DNA of 54,602 bases from an uncultured Acidobacteriota bacterium (GCA_963729975.1 CAVSPI010000003.1:1-54602); one strand, 5' to 3'; shown: positions 1-15,530, numbered from the stretch's first letter. Notes: generated by a model from the letters alone, not told the origin. Numbers and translations: made by a program.

Positions 1-117
1 ACCTTTCGCCGTCCGGAGCACTACGACGTGCGTCTTCCAGAAGCAACCGAAGGGACTGTGTCTGCGCTTCTTGCCGTGGCTGGCGAGCTGCACGACAATG
101 AGTTCTACGAAGCCTGA
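1..117 (+). CDS. 3' end of a hypothetical protein (truncated by window edge)
   Basis: Open frame TFRRPEHYDVRL...DNEFYEA, TGA at 115-117, followed directly by the GAGGAGG RBS of the next ORF. Confidence 0.5.
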   Translation, partial: TFRRPEHYDVRLPEATEGTVSALLAVAGELHDNEFYEA

Positions 118-130
118 GAGGAGGCGACTC

Positions 131-325
131 GTGACAACTCCCACTGTGGAAGTCGATATTCGTGCCGACCTCCAGAACGAGGACGAGACCGGATTCGTCT
201 GGACCTACTTGGACCGGGCTGACCGCCCGGAGCGGATTGTGGTCGGTGCCGTCGTGATCGCCGGTGGCAGCGGGGGCCGCTGCCTGGCGAACGTCATCGA
301 TGTGTCGGCGCCGGCTTCAGGCTGA
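131..325 (+). CDS. Small hypothetical protein, probably C-terminally truncated
   Basis: GAGGAGG at 118-124 and GTG at 131; VDIRADLQNEDETGFVWTYLD...VVGAVVIAG; the 3' end runs into UdgX-like sequence. Confidence 0.55.
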   Translation: MTTPTVEVDIRADLQNEDETGFVWTYLDRADRPERIVVGAVVIAGGSGGRCLANVIDVSAPASG

Positions 326-546
326 TGCAGGACCGTGGCACGATCCGGCAGACGCCAGACGGCGTGCGGGCGCTGGCGACCATCCATCCATCAGCCGTGC
401 TGCGGGCGCCTGACGCGGCGCGCCGGCGCGAAGCCTACGCCATGCTGGTGGCCGACCTGAAGCGCGCCGCGACGACGCGCCCCCAACCAGCGGCGAAGCG
501 GCCTGCCGCCCGCAAGAACCGCTCGCCCGCGAGCAGCGTGCCGTAG
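307..546 (+). pseudogene. C-terminal fragment of a UdgX/family-4 uracil-DNA glycosylase-like protein
   Basis: GAGFRLMQDRG...LATIHPSAVLRAPDAARRREAYAMLVADL matches the family C-terminus (ATxHPS motif); no N-terminal Fe-S or catalytic region upstream. Confidence 0.7.
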
Positions 547-574
547 CGCACTGCTATCCCTCAGCTATCGCCGT

Positions 575-1367
575 CTACGAACCGTGCGGCAACTTGCTGA
601 CCACGAGCGGCGCGGAAACCGAGATGGCTGCCGCGGACGTTGCCGCGGGTGTTGCGGTCGAGGATCCCGCCGTCGAGGGTGGAGTGCCAGGTAAACCCGC
701 CGGGCGCGGGCGCGGCTCCTGCGCGGCGAGCGCGCCGGCGTTCCGGTAGACCGACACGGCCAGCGCCACGCTCAGGCCGGCGATCGCCGGCCATCCCGCC
801 AACATCGAACAGCTGGAGCTGCCCCAGCCAGCCAACCGTGACCGGCGGTTCCCTGAACAGCATCGGCGCACCGGCGGCAAGCAGCAGCCGCAGTTCGGTC
901 GGGCCGACGCCGGCGAACGACATGCGGAAGACGCCGTGCACCGCGGTGGCGAGGAAGACCTCGCCGGCCACCAGCAGGTAGGCCACCAGCGTCGCCAGCG
1001 CGATCCACGGCGTCATGAAGCCGGACAGCGCCAGCCCGGCGAGCAGGATGGTGGTGCCGACGATGTCGAGCACGTGATCGACGTAGAAGCCGTAGCGCGG
1101 CCGCTCCTCGCGGCGGACACGGGCGACGGTGCCGTCGAGGCTGTCGCCGAACCAGTTGAGGGCCAGCCCGGCGATGACCAGCCAGAGCCGGCGCGATGGC
1201 TCGCCGGCAAGGGCGAAGCCGGCGCCTGCCGCCGCCATCCCGGCCAGGGCCAGCAGCGTCAGGTGATCGGAGTGGACGGCACGCGGCAGCCGGCCGGCGA
1301 TGGCGATGAGCAGCCGCCGCTCGGCGGCGGCGAGGACGCTGCGATGGTCGCGAGTATGTGGGTCCAT
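575..1367 (-). CDS. CDP-alcohol phosphatidyltransferase family protein (YnjF-like)
   Basis: WFGDSLDGTVARVR...PRYGFYVDHVLD motif (DG-x2-AR...G-x3-D-x3-D); hydrophobic helices; frameshift near 775. Confidence 0.85.
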
Positions 1368-1404
1368 ACCTGCGAAGGTGCAGACGGCGGAACCGGCTCA
1401 CGGG

Positions 1405-1640
1405 TGGGGCTTCAGACTGCACAATTCAGAATTCAGAATTCACAATGCCAAGGCGGAATCCACGCAGACCCAGCAAGTCCCAAGATCTGGGGCCGGCCGT
1501 CGCTCCGAGGGTGGCTGCCTTGGAGTCTTTGGTCCTTGCTACTTTCGTTGTGAATTCGTGAATGGTGAATTCTGGAGTCTCCGAAGACGGCGACACGCCG
1601 CCGTTTTCGGCAGACCAGCTTGAGAAGCTGGTCTGCAGGC
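1405..1640. repeat. Composite palindromic/MITE-like intergenic element
   Basis: AATTCAG-type heptamer arms in inverted orientation (1418-1448 and 1548-1574); hairpin at 1581-1610; perfect 12-bp stem GCAGACCAGCTT/AAGCTGGTCTGC at 1610-1636. Confidence 0.7.
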
Positions 1641-1642
1641 GG

Positions 1643-1675
1643 TACCATTCATCTCTTACGGTTCTGGAGAAATTC
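1643..1675 (+). promoter_or_regulatory. Putative uvrA -10 element and candidate LexA box
   Basis: TACCAT at 1643-1648; GTTC-N7-ATTC at 1661-1675, one mismatch from the GTTC-N7-GTTC LexA box. Confidence 0.4.
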
Positions 1676-1688
1676 GCCAACAGGGCGC

Positions 1689-4671
<2,983 letters not shown>

Positions 4672-4690
<19 letters not shown>

Positions 4691-5300
4691 GCGCGCGCGC
4701 CTGCCGCGGGCCGTTCTACGATCGCCCGACGCTGATCGTCGCCGAGGCGCTGCTCGGCAAGGTGCTGGTGCATCGCACCGCCGGCGGCGCGGCGGCGGGC
4801 ATGATCGTCGAGATCGAGGCCTACATCGGCGAGGACGATCCGGCCTGCCACGCCGCGCCGGGACCGACGCGCGCGCAACGCGCCGCTCTACGGCCCGCCC
4901 GGCATGGCCTACGTCTATCTGAATTACGGCATCCACTACCTGGTCAACGCCGTCACCGAAGCGCGACGGCTCGCCCGCCGCGGTGCTGATCCGCGCGCTC
5001 GACGCCGCTCGAGGGGCATGGCGCTGATGCGTGCGCCGCCGGGCGCCGGACGGACGCGAGGTGCGCCGACGCAGGCCCTGTGCCGCGGGCCCGGCAACCT
5101 GACGCGCGCGCTCGGCATCACGCTGGCGCAGAACCGGCTCGATCTGGTGCGAGTCGACCTGCGCATCGAGGACCGCGGGCTCGTGGCCGGGCGAGTCGAC
5201 GTGGGGGCCGCGCATCGGCATCCGCGTCGGCACCGACCGCCCGTGGCGCTGCTGGGTCGCCGGCCATCCGGCGGTGTCGGCGATGCGCCGCCGCCTGAGC
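4672..5300 (+). CDS. mpg: DNA-3-methyladenine glycosylase (AAG/Mpg family); ends approximate
   Basis: [62 protein letters not shown]. Confidence 0.9.
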
Positions 5301-5327
5301 ACCGGCCCACCGACGCGCCCAGCGCGA

Positions 5328-5388
5328 GATCTGGGATCTGGTCGGGATCTGCTGGGACTGCGGATTGGGATCCGGGCTCGGGATTTGC
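5328..5388 (+). repeat. GGGATCT/GGGATTT heptamer tandem repeat
   Basis: gatctgggatctggtcgggatctgctgggactgcggattgggatccgggctcgggattt. Confidence 0.7.
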
Positions 5389-5430
5389 TCTTTCGGCACC
5401 ATGCTACGATTCCGTCAGGTTCTACAGACC

Positions 5431-6851
5431 ATGGGAAAAACGCTGCTGCAGAAGGTCTGGGACCTCCACACCGTCCGCATGCTGCCGACCGGGCAGACGC
5501 AGCTGTTCATCGGCCTGCACCTCGATCCACGAGGTGACGACGCCGCAGGCGTTCGACGCGCTGCGCGAGCGCGGCTGGAAGGTGGCCCGGCCCGATCGCA
5601 CCTTCGCCACGGTCGATCACATCGTGCCCGACGCTGCAGCGCACGCGGCCGTTTCTCGACGTGCTCGCCGAGGACATGATCTCGGCGCTCGAGCGAACTG
5701 CCGCGACTTCGGCGTGCCGCTCGTCCGGCCTGGACGACGACCGCCAGGGCATCGTCCACGTGATCGGACCCGAGCTCGGGCTGACGCAGCCGGGGATGAC
5801 CATCGCCTGCGGCGACAGCCACACCTCGACGCATGGCGCGTTCGGCTCGGTGGCGTTCGGCATCGGCACCTCGCAGGTGCGCGACGTGCTCGCGTCGCAG
5901 TGCCTGGCGATGGAGCCGCTCAAGGTGCGCCGCATCCGCGTCAACGGCACGCTGCCGGCCGGGCGTCTACGCCAAGGACGTCATCCTCGCCATCATCCAG
6001 CGGCTCGGCGTCAGCGGCGGCGTCGGCTACGCCTACGAGTACGCCGGCGACACCATCGAGCGCATGTCGATGGACGAGCGGATGACGATCTGCAACATGT
6101 CGATCGAAGGCGGCGCCCGCGTCGGCTACGTCAATCCCGACGAGACCACGTTCGCCTACCTGAAGGGACGTCCGTTCGCCCCGGCCGGTGCGGCGTTCGA
6201 GACGGCGTGCGAGTGGTGGCGCTCGATGGCCTCCGACGCCGATGCGGTCTATGACGACGATGTCGAGATTCGGGCCGAGGAGCTGACGCCGGTCGTGACC
6301 TGGGGCGTCAATCCCGGGCAGTCGATCGGCGTCGACGGCCTGGTGCCGTCGCCGCAGACGGCGGCCGGACGCCACCGTCAACGACGCGCTCGACTACATG
6401 CACCTGCGTGCCGGCCAGCCGATCGCCGGCACCAAGGTCGACGTCGCGTTCATCGGTTCGTGCACCAACGGCCGCCTCTCCGACCTGCGCGAGGCCGCGC
6501 GCATCGTCCGCGGTCATCACGTCGCGCCGCATGTGACGGCGCTGGTGGTGCCGGGCTCGGTGTCGGTGCGCCTCGCCGCCGAGCGGGAGGGGCTCGACGA
6601 GGTCTTTCGCGACGCCGGCTTCGAATGGCGTGGCGCCGGCTGCTCGATGTGTCTGGGGATGAACCCGGACAAGCTCGAAGGCGATCAGCTGTGCGTCTCC
6701 TCGTCGAATCGCAACTTCAAGGGGCGGCAGGGGAGTCCGACCGGGCGCACGCTGCTGATGAGCCCGGCGATGGTGGCGGCCGCGGCGCTGGCCGGCGAGG
6801 TCACCGACGTGCGCACCTGTCGAGCCGGTGCCGGCGGCAGGAGTGGCCTGA
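5431..6851 (+). CDS. leuC: 3-isopropylmalate dehydratase large subunit
   Basis: [68 protein letters not shown]. Confidence 0.96.
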
Positions 6852-6898
6852 TGCCCGCGTGTGCGATCGTCATGACCGTGGCAGGGAGAGTGCAGCTG

Positions 6899-7508
6899 AT
6901 GGAAGCGTTGCGAATCGCGCAGGTGGAGGGGACGGCGCTGCCGATGCGCGGCGACGACATCGACACCGACCGGATCCTCCCGGCGCGCTTCCTGCGCGCG
7001 GTGACGTTCGACGGCCTGGAACAGCAGGTCTTCATCGACGACCGGGCGGCGGCGCACAAGGCCGGCACCGTCCATCCCGTTCGACGACCCGCAGTACCAG
7101 GGCGCGTCGATCCTGCTCGTCAACGGCAACTTCGGCTGCGGCTCGTCGCGCGAGCATGCGCCGCAGGGGCTGCGCCGCTGGGGCATCCGCGCCGTCATCG
7201 GCGAATCGTTCTCCGAGATCTTCTTCGGCAACTCGATGCTCATCGGGCTGCCGTGCGTCACGGCGTCGGCCGCCGACATCCGCTCGCTGATGGCGGACGT
7301 GGAACTGCACCCGAAGGCGAGACTGACTGTGGATCTGCCGACGCTGACCTGCCGGTCGGACTCGATGTTCTGCACCGTGACGATGCCGCCGCACGTGCGC
7401 GACGCCTTCGTCACCGGCGCCTGGGACACCACCGGGCTGCTGCGGGAACGCTACGAAGAGGTGAACGCCACCGCCGCGAAGCTCCCCTACGTCACGCGCT
7501 TCTCGTGA
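6899..7508 (+). CDS. leuD: 3-isopropylmalate dehydratase small subunit
   Basis: [38 protein letters not shown]. Confidence 0.95.
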
Positions 7509-7555
7509 TCGGTTGGGATCAACGCACACAAATTTCCGCCGGCAGGCCAGCGGTC

Positions 7556-7712
7556 GCGAGGTCTGAAGACCCCGCGCTACGAAGGCAATAGCAGCTTCAC
7601 CTCCCTTCCCTTCCCCCGCGGAGCGAAGCGAACGCGTCCCTGGGATCTGGAACCTGGGACCTTGCGTTTGGGATCCGGGACCTACGGTTTGGGCTCTGGG
7701 CTCTGGGATTTC
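7556..7712. repeat. REP-like palindrome (7556-7581) plus GGGATCT heptamer run (7640-7712)
   Basis: gcgaggtctgaagaccccgcgctacg; tgggatctggaacctgggacc...tgggatccggga...ctgggattt; lies between convergent leuD and LysR. Confidence 0.75.
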
Positions 7713-8597
7713 GCGGCGGCCTTTTTCTCTTCCACTGTCGCCAGGAACGCCGCCGCCGCGTGCGATCGTTCGCCGCCGCGCTTGAACACCAGCCGCACCT
7801 GCCGGCGCAGCCGGATCTCCGGCATGGCCAGCGCCACCAGCTCGCCGCGCTCGATCTCGGGTTCGGCGCAGCGTCGCGGCAGCAGCGCCACGCCCATCTT
7901 CATGCCGACGGCGCGCTTGATGCCCTCCAGGCTGGGCAGCGAGACCAGGATGTTCGCCGGGATGTGATGCTGCTCGAACGTGCGCAGGACGCGGTCGCGC
8001 ACGTGCGACGGATCGTTGTGCGCGATGACCGTGTGGCGGGCGCACTCGGCCAGCGTCACTTCCTTCAGCGACGCCAGGCTGTGCGACGGGTGCACCAGCA
8101 TCACCAGCTCGTCCTGGCCGAGCGTGATCGAGCCGAGCCGCGGCTTCGGCCGGCTGGAAGGTCAGCACGCCGAAGTCGAGGTTGCCCTGCGCCACCTCGG
8201 CACCGATCATGCGCGCCGGGATGCGGCGCACGTCCACGTGGACGAGCGGGTGCGACTGGCGGAAGCGCGCCACCAACGGCAGCACGACGTGCACCGACGC
8301 TTCGTTGGCGCCGATGAGCACGCGGCCGCGGCGCAGGTCGCGCAGGTCGCGCACCGCGGTTTCGGCCTCCTCGGACAGCCGCAGCAGCCGCTCGGCGTAG
8401 TCGCGCAGCAGGCGGCCGGCGTCGGTCAGCGTGGCGTCCTTGGTGGCGCGGTCGAACAGCCGTTCGCCGACCGCGTCCTCGAGCCGGCGCACCGCCTGGC
8501 TGACGGCCGGCTGCGTGCGGTGCAGCTTCATCGCGGCGCGGGAGAAGCTGTGCTCGGCGGCGACTTTGAGGAAGACCCTCAGTTCCGACAAATCCAC
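7682..8597 (-). CDS. LysR family transcriptional regulator
   Basis: N-terminal HTH FLKVAAEHSFSRAAMKLHRTQPAVSQAVRRLE; substrate-binding domain SLEGIKRAVGMKMGVALLP; frameshift near 8150. Confidence 0.93.
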
Positions 8598-8715
8598 GAG
8601 TGCCTCCAGTAGGCGTGTGCCGGGACGGCCCCGACCTGAGCCGGCCGATGCTCGGTTTCGACGAGATCTAAAGGCATAATTACGCGAAACGGCTGGCCTG
8701 GAAACGGCAGACCTT

Positions 8716-8775
8716 CATGTCGACATGATAAGTTCAGTTAATCCAAACAGAATAATTATCATTTTGACATTATCC
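8716..8775. promoter_or_regulatory. AT-rich divergent LysR/leuA promoter with a probable LysR site
   Basis: Imperfect dyad GATAAGTTCAGTTAATC; strongly AT-rich island in a GC-rich genome. Confidence 0.55.
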
Positions 8776-8879
8776 AACCCGGTCGCGTCTACTGGGAGAG
8801 GAGGGCCAGCTTCGGCGCGAGTGGCGCAGAGGCATCGGTCGCGCCGAGGTCTTCGGACCGCGGTCAGGGAGGAGTCCCG

Positions 8880-10133
<1,254 letters not shown>

Positions 10134-10156
10134 CGGTCGCGGGGGCTCTCCATTGC

Positions 10157-10196
10157 CGTACGCGCGGGGGCTTCAGCCCTCGCGACAGGCGCTACG
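10157..10196. repeat. REP-like palindrome overlapping the mscS stop codon
   Basis: cgtacgcgcgggggcttcagccctcgcgacaggcgctacg. Confidence 0.7.
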
Positions 10197-11339
10197 GGAT
10201 TTCTGGGCGTGAGGGCGGGGCGGTGGGCTCGATGGCGCTCGGTCCCGTCACCTTCACGTTCATGATGCTTTCCGGCAGCGGCCACTTCAGGCCGCGCTCG
10301 GTGAACAGCCTGGCAATCCGCCGCCGCAGTTCGCGTCCCACCAGCCACTGCTTCAGCGCCACGGTCTTGATGCGCGCCTTGATGATCATCAGGCCGGGCT
10401 CGTAGTTGTCGATGCCGACGACTTCGATCGGCTCCAGGATGTGCGGCTGATACTCCGGATCGTCCATCAGCGAGGCGCCGGCGTCGCGGATTGCGGCCAT
10501 CGCCGGGTCCGGATCGTCGTCGAAGGAAATCGTCACGCGTGAGGACGTAGTAGGAGAAGTCCTTCGACATGTTGACCAGCGTCTTGATCTCGCCGTTCGG
10601 ATACACGTGCACCGCGCCGGTCTCGTCGCGCAGCACGATGGTGCGCAGGTTGACCTGCTCGACCAGCCCGCCCTGGCCGTTGATCGGCGGCGACGTCGCC
10701 GACGCGGACCTGATCTTCGAGGATGAGGAAGAAGCCGGAGATGACGTCGCGGACCAGCGTCTGCGCGCCGAAGCCGATGGCCAGGCCGACGATGCCGGCG
10801 CCGGTGAGCACCGGGGTGATGTCCACGTGCAGCTCGCGCAGGATCATCAGGGCCGCGATGCTGACGGTGACCACCGACAGCGCATTCTGCATGAGCTGGC
10901 TGAGGGTGCGGCGCCCGCTTGGCTGCGCTCGATGACGTTGCTGCCGCGGCCGCGGCTCATCTCGCGCTCGAAGCGGCCCGCGGCAGCGGTGCCGATGCGG
11001 ATGACGAAATAGGCGGCGACGGCGATGATCGCGATGCGCAGGCCGGCGTCGAGCAGCCAGCGCAGCAGCGCGTCCGGGTTGCCGCCGAAGACGCGTTGGT
11101 AGCCGGCGATGCTCATCGCCGGCAGCGCCAGCGCGGCGAACGTGACGACGAAGATGACGAGGCGGACGATGCGGCGTGGGCCGGTCGATCAGCAGTTGCT
11201 CGACGTGCGAGTCGCCGAGCACGGCGCGCAGGCTCGACTGCACCAGGCGCGCGACGAGGTCGGCGATCGAGGTAGGAGACGACCAGCGCGCGGCGAGCGC
11301 CAGGACGAGTGCGGGCCAGGTGTCGGGCAGGGAAGTCAT
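10192..11339 (-). CDS. Small-conductance mechanosensitive channel family protein
   Basis: [55 protein letters not shown]. Confidence 0.9.
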
Positions 11340-11439
11340 GGATGCGTGCGGATGGGGTCGGTCGAAGCAGGCCGGCGCGATCGGGGACCGGTACTGCCGG
11401 TTGGCCGACGCGGCGCTGCGACTGAGGCGCTGCTGGTGA

Positions 11440-12645
11440 CTACTGCTCGGTGGCGGACCGGATCGGCACCTTCGACTCGATGCGGCGCCCTTCGCGGATG
11501 ACGCGAAGGTGGCGGTGCTGCCGATGCGGCTGTCCTGGATCAGCCGTGAGAGCTGGCTGCCGTCGGAGATGCCGGCGCCGTTGAAGCCGACGATGACGTC
11601 GCCGGGCCGCAGGCCGGCCTCGTAGGCCGAGGCGTCGCGGCGCATCGCCTGCACGAGCACGCCCTGCGTGCCGGACGTGCACCGAGCTCGGCGGCGATCT
11701 GCGTGCGTCAGCGGCGCGATTTCGACGTAGCCGATCGAGCCGCGGCGCACTTCGCCGAACTGCTGCAGGTCGCTGACCACGCGCTTGGCGAGGTTGCTCG
11801 GCACGGCGAAGCCGATGCCCTGGTAGCCGCCGCTCTGGCTGAAGATGGCGGTGTTGATGCCGATCAGCTCGCCGCGGGCGTTGACCAGCGCGCCGCCGGA
11901 GTTGCCCGGATTGATGGCGGCGTCGGTCTGGATGAAATCCTCGTAGGCGGCGATGCCGACGTTGCGCCGGCCCGACCGCCGAGACGATGCCGAGCGTGAC
12001 GGTCTGATTGAGCTGGAACGGGTTGCCGATCGCCAGCACCCACTCGGCGACCTTCAGCGTCGACGAGTCGCCCCACGGCATCGTCGGCAGGTCCGAGGCG
12101 TCGATCTTGAGCAGCGCCAGGTCGGTGGCCGGATCGACGCCGACGATGCGCGCCATCATCTCGCGCTTGTCGGCGAGCGCCACGCGGATGGCGGGCAGAT
12201 CGCGCAGCGAGATGCGCCCCGACTCGCCGGCGATGACGTGATTGTTGGTCAGGATGAAGCCGTCGGCGCTGACGATGACGCCCGAGCCGAGGCTGCTCTC
12301 CATGCCCCGGCGCGACCCGAAGACATCGTCGTTGTCGCCGAAGAAGTAGCGGAGGAACGGGATCGTTCGCGTACGGCGAGTTCGGCCGCCGCATCACCTG
12401 CTGCGACGAGATGTTGGCGACCGCCGGCACGGTGCGGCTGGCGATGGCGCTGAAATCGGGCAGCGAGGCCGGCGGCGGCGCCGGCCGGTGACACCGTGGA
12501 GCCGGCGCGACCGCGGCCGGCGCCGCCGCGCCTTGCGCCGCGGCGTCGGACGAGGTCGTCGCGCATGCGGCCGGTGAGCACCAGGCCGGCCGCGAAGCCG
12601 CAGGCCAGCAGCAGCACCGCGACCAGCAAGTCGTCTGCGATGCAT
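11440..12645 (-). CDS. HtrA/DegP-like trypsin serine protease with PDZ domain
   Basis: [55 protein letters not shown]. Confidence 0.93.
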
Positions 12646-12651
12646 CGCTGG

Positions 12652-13054
12652 TCAGGACACTCGGATGCGGCGCGGGCCGTTGGTGTCGGCCTTCGGGCAG
12701 GTCACGGTCAGCACGCCGTCGTGCAGGTCGGCGGTGATGCGGTCGGCGTCGATGGCGAGCGGCAGCTGAAAGGTGCGGCTGAACGAGCCGTGGCCGCGTT
12801 CGACGCGGTGAAACTGCTCGCAGGCCGTCGTCGCGCTCGGGGCGCATGCCGGCCAGGGTCAGCCGGTTGTCGTGCGCGTGGATCTCGAGGTCTTCGCGGC
12901 GCATGCCCGGCAGCTCGGCGCTGAGGACGTAGGCCGTCGGCGTTTCGAGCAGGTCGACCGCCGGCGTCCAGCCGGCCGGCCCCGGGGCAAAACGGTCCAG
13001 CCGCTGCTGGATGGCGAGCAGGTCGCGAATCGGATCCCAGCGCGCGAACGCCAC
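12652..13054 (-). CDS. Hsp20/alpha-crystallin small heat shock protein
   Basis: WDPIRDL, PAVDLLET, AELPGM, ERGHGSFSRTFQLP, ADLHDGVLTVTCPK. Confidence 0.92.
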
Positions 13055-13118
13055 GGCGGGATCGTAGCATACGGCGGCTCCGGCGCCTCGGCGGCGCCGG
13101 AATGCCACAAGTCATCGT

Positions 13119-13262
13119 TCACAATGCTCAATGCAATGCCCGAAATCCCCAACGGCCAATGCCAAACGAGGAGTGCAGCGGGCACCGCCGGGATCTGGGC
13201 TCGGATCTGACGGATGCTCGTGCATGGGATCTGGCGGTTTGGGATCTGGGATTCGGGATTTC
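13119..13262. repeat. Dispersed ~48-bp CAATGCC-type element plus GGGATCT heptamer run
   Basis: 13119-13166 is near-identical to the reverse complement of 47990-48037; heptamers at 13190-13262. Confidence 0.7.
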
Positions 13263-13322
13263 GCGGCGGCGGAGCCTGCAGGCTGCCGCGTGCTAGGATC
13301 GTCAGGTTCTAAACACTCATCA

Positions 13323-13887
13323 ATGGCGTCCATACAAGCGACTCGTCTCAAGAAGGGCATGCTGATCAAGGTCGAACAGGACCTGTTCCGCGTGCTCGAG
13401 CTGCAGCACGTCACGCCGGGCAACCTGCGCGGCTTCGTCCGCGTGCAAGTTGCGCAACATCCGCAACGGCTCGGTGTCCGACCAGAAGCTGCGCTCGGAA
13501 GACTCGCTCGATCGGGCGACGCTCGACGAGAAGGAGATGCAGTACCTCTATCAGGACGGCGACGACTACTACTTCATGGACACCAGCTCGTACGAGCAGA
13601 TCCACATCTCCAGCGAGGCGCTCGGCGAGTCGGTGCAACTACCTCAAGGCCGAGATGACGATCCTGGTCGAGTTCTACGGCGAGGAGCCGGTCGGCATCG
13701 AGCTGCCGCCGACCGTCGATCTCAAGGTCACCGACACCGCGCCCGGCATCAAGGGCGCCACGGCCAGCAACCAGATCAAGCCGGCCACGCTCGAGACCGG
13801 CCTGGTCGTCAACGTGCCGCCGTTCATCAATCCGGGCGATGTCATTCGCGTCAGCACCGAACCGGCGAGTACCTGTCACGCGCGTAG
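13323..13887 (+). CDS. efp: Elongation factor P
   Basis: [54 protein letters not shown]. Confidence 0.95.
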
Positions 13888-14004
13888 CGCCGGCGTCACG
13901 CTACCCGGTCGGACGACCCGCCGGTCCGACGCCGTGCAGTCGACCGGCTCGTCGGGCATGTCAGCGTCCTTCGTCGCTGAACTGTGTCGAACGGCGCGCT
14001 TCCG

Positions 14005-14665
14005 ATGGACGTCGTCCGCCAGCAGCCCAACCAGGGCTGGATCGAAGTCATCGTCGGCAGCATGTTCAGCGGCAAGAGCGAAGAGCTGATCCGCCGGCTG
14101 CGCCGCGCCCAGATCGCCCGCCAGAAGGTCCAGATCTTCAAGCCGACCATCGACACCCGCTTCGCCGACGACCACATCGTGTCGCACAGCGAGATGCGCA
14201 TCGCGTCGGAGGCCGTGGTGCAGCTCGCGCGCGCTGCTGGACGAGGTCGAGCCCGACACCGAGGTCGTCGGCATCGACGAAGGGCAGTTCTTCGATGCGG
14301 AGCTGCCGGCGGTCTGCAACATCGCTCGCGGACCGCGGCAAGCGCGTGATCGTCGCCGGGCTCGATCAGGACTATCTCGGCAAGCCGTTCGAGCCGATGC
14401 CGCAGCTGCTGGCGATCGCCGAGTACATCACCAAGACGCTGGCGATCTGCATGGTGTGCGGCAACCCGGCCAACCACACGCAGCGGCTGGTGGTCAGCGG
14501 CGATCGCGTGCTGGTCGGCGCGCAGGGCACCTACGAAGCGCGCTGCCGGCGCTGCTTCGATCCGACGCTGTCGGGACCGCGCAGCGACGCCGTCGGACCG
14601 GTGTGCTGGACCGCACGGCCGGCGAGCTCGCGCAGCCCGCCTCGCCGACCCCGATCCCAAGCTGA
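14005..14665 (+). CDS. tdk: Thymidine kinase (3' end approximate)
   Basis: [36 protein letters not shown]...YEARCRRCF. Confidence 0.95.
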
Positions 14666-14761
14666 CAGCCGGGCTGAGCGGCCGGCGTGCCGCACGTCAG
14701 CCGCGCGCCCTGCAGAATTGCGTTTGGGTTTTGCCGCCGCGGACTTTACCCTGTGGAGAGC

Positions 14762-15328
14762 ATGGAGCCGCAGGTCCTCCTTCGCCAGGTGCTCTTCCTG
14801 TTCGGCGTTGGGCTTCCTGGCCGCCAACGTCAAGGTGATGCGCCGATCTGCTCCGCTTCCGCCTGCGCAAGCGCCAGGCGCTCCTGATCTGGCAGGCCCC
14901 GAAGCCGCCGTTCTACGGCTTCAGCCTGGCGCTCGGCGTCATGCTCGGCCTGCTGCTCGCCTTCAAGGTGTTCGTCCAGCGGCGCCCGCCCGACCAGCTG
15001 TTCGGCGAGGCGATGATGTTCGTCTACTACGGCTACGCCATGCCGCTGAGCACGCGCATCGCGCGCGGGTTCTACCAGGACGGCGTCTGGTCGGACACCG
15101 GCTTCATGCGCTGGGGACAGATTTCCGCGGTGTCGTGGAAGGAGGAGGGGTCGGTGACGCTGATCCTCGATCTCGCACTTCAGGAACATCGCCCGCCGGC
15201 TCGTGGTGCCGGGCCCGTTCTACGGCCAGGCGCGCCGCCTGATGCGCGACAAGGTCAAGACGCACGACATCCACATCGGCGGCACCGGCCTCGACCTCGG
15301 CAGCCGCGACGAAGCTGACGCTGTGTGA
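14762..15328 (+). CDS. Hypothetical membrane protein
   Basis: Three hydrophobic segments then a soluble beta-rich tail ([19 protein letters not shown]); genome-typical codon usage; frameshifted. Confidence 0.7.
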
Positions 15329-15344
15329 GCTACGGCGTTTTTCT

Positions 15345-15478
15345 CGTGCACGGGGCCTTCAGACCCCGTGATCGCCGCGCTCGGCGCGGCGGCAGATGCC
15401 AGGCCACCACAGTTCCGCCGGCAAGCCGGCGGCGACGGGCTCTGAGACCCCGGTCCTGGGAGCTTCAGGATCTGGGAC
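15345..15478. repeat. Degenerate REP pair plus heptamers
   Basis: cgtgcacggggccttcagaccccgtg ... cgggctctgagaccccgg, then ggatctgggact. Confidence 0.6.
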
Positions 15479-15530
15479 TCGCCCTGCCGCGACTGTCCAA
15501 CACCCGGTCGTTTAGCCGATAATGCCGCCT

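Noticed and set aside
8744-8768. Fur box-like AATAATTATCATT upstream of leuA
   Set aside because: Only a partial match inside an AT-rich LysR divergent promoter, with no iron-related genes nearby.
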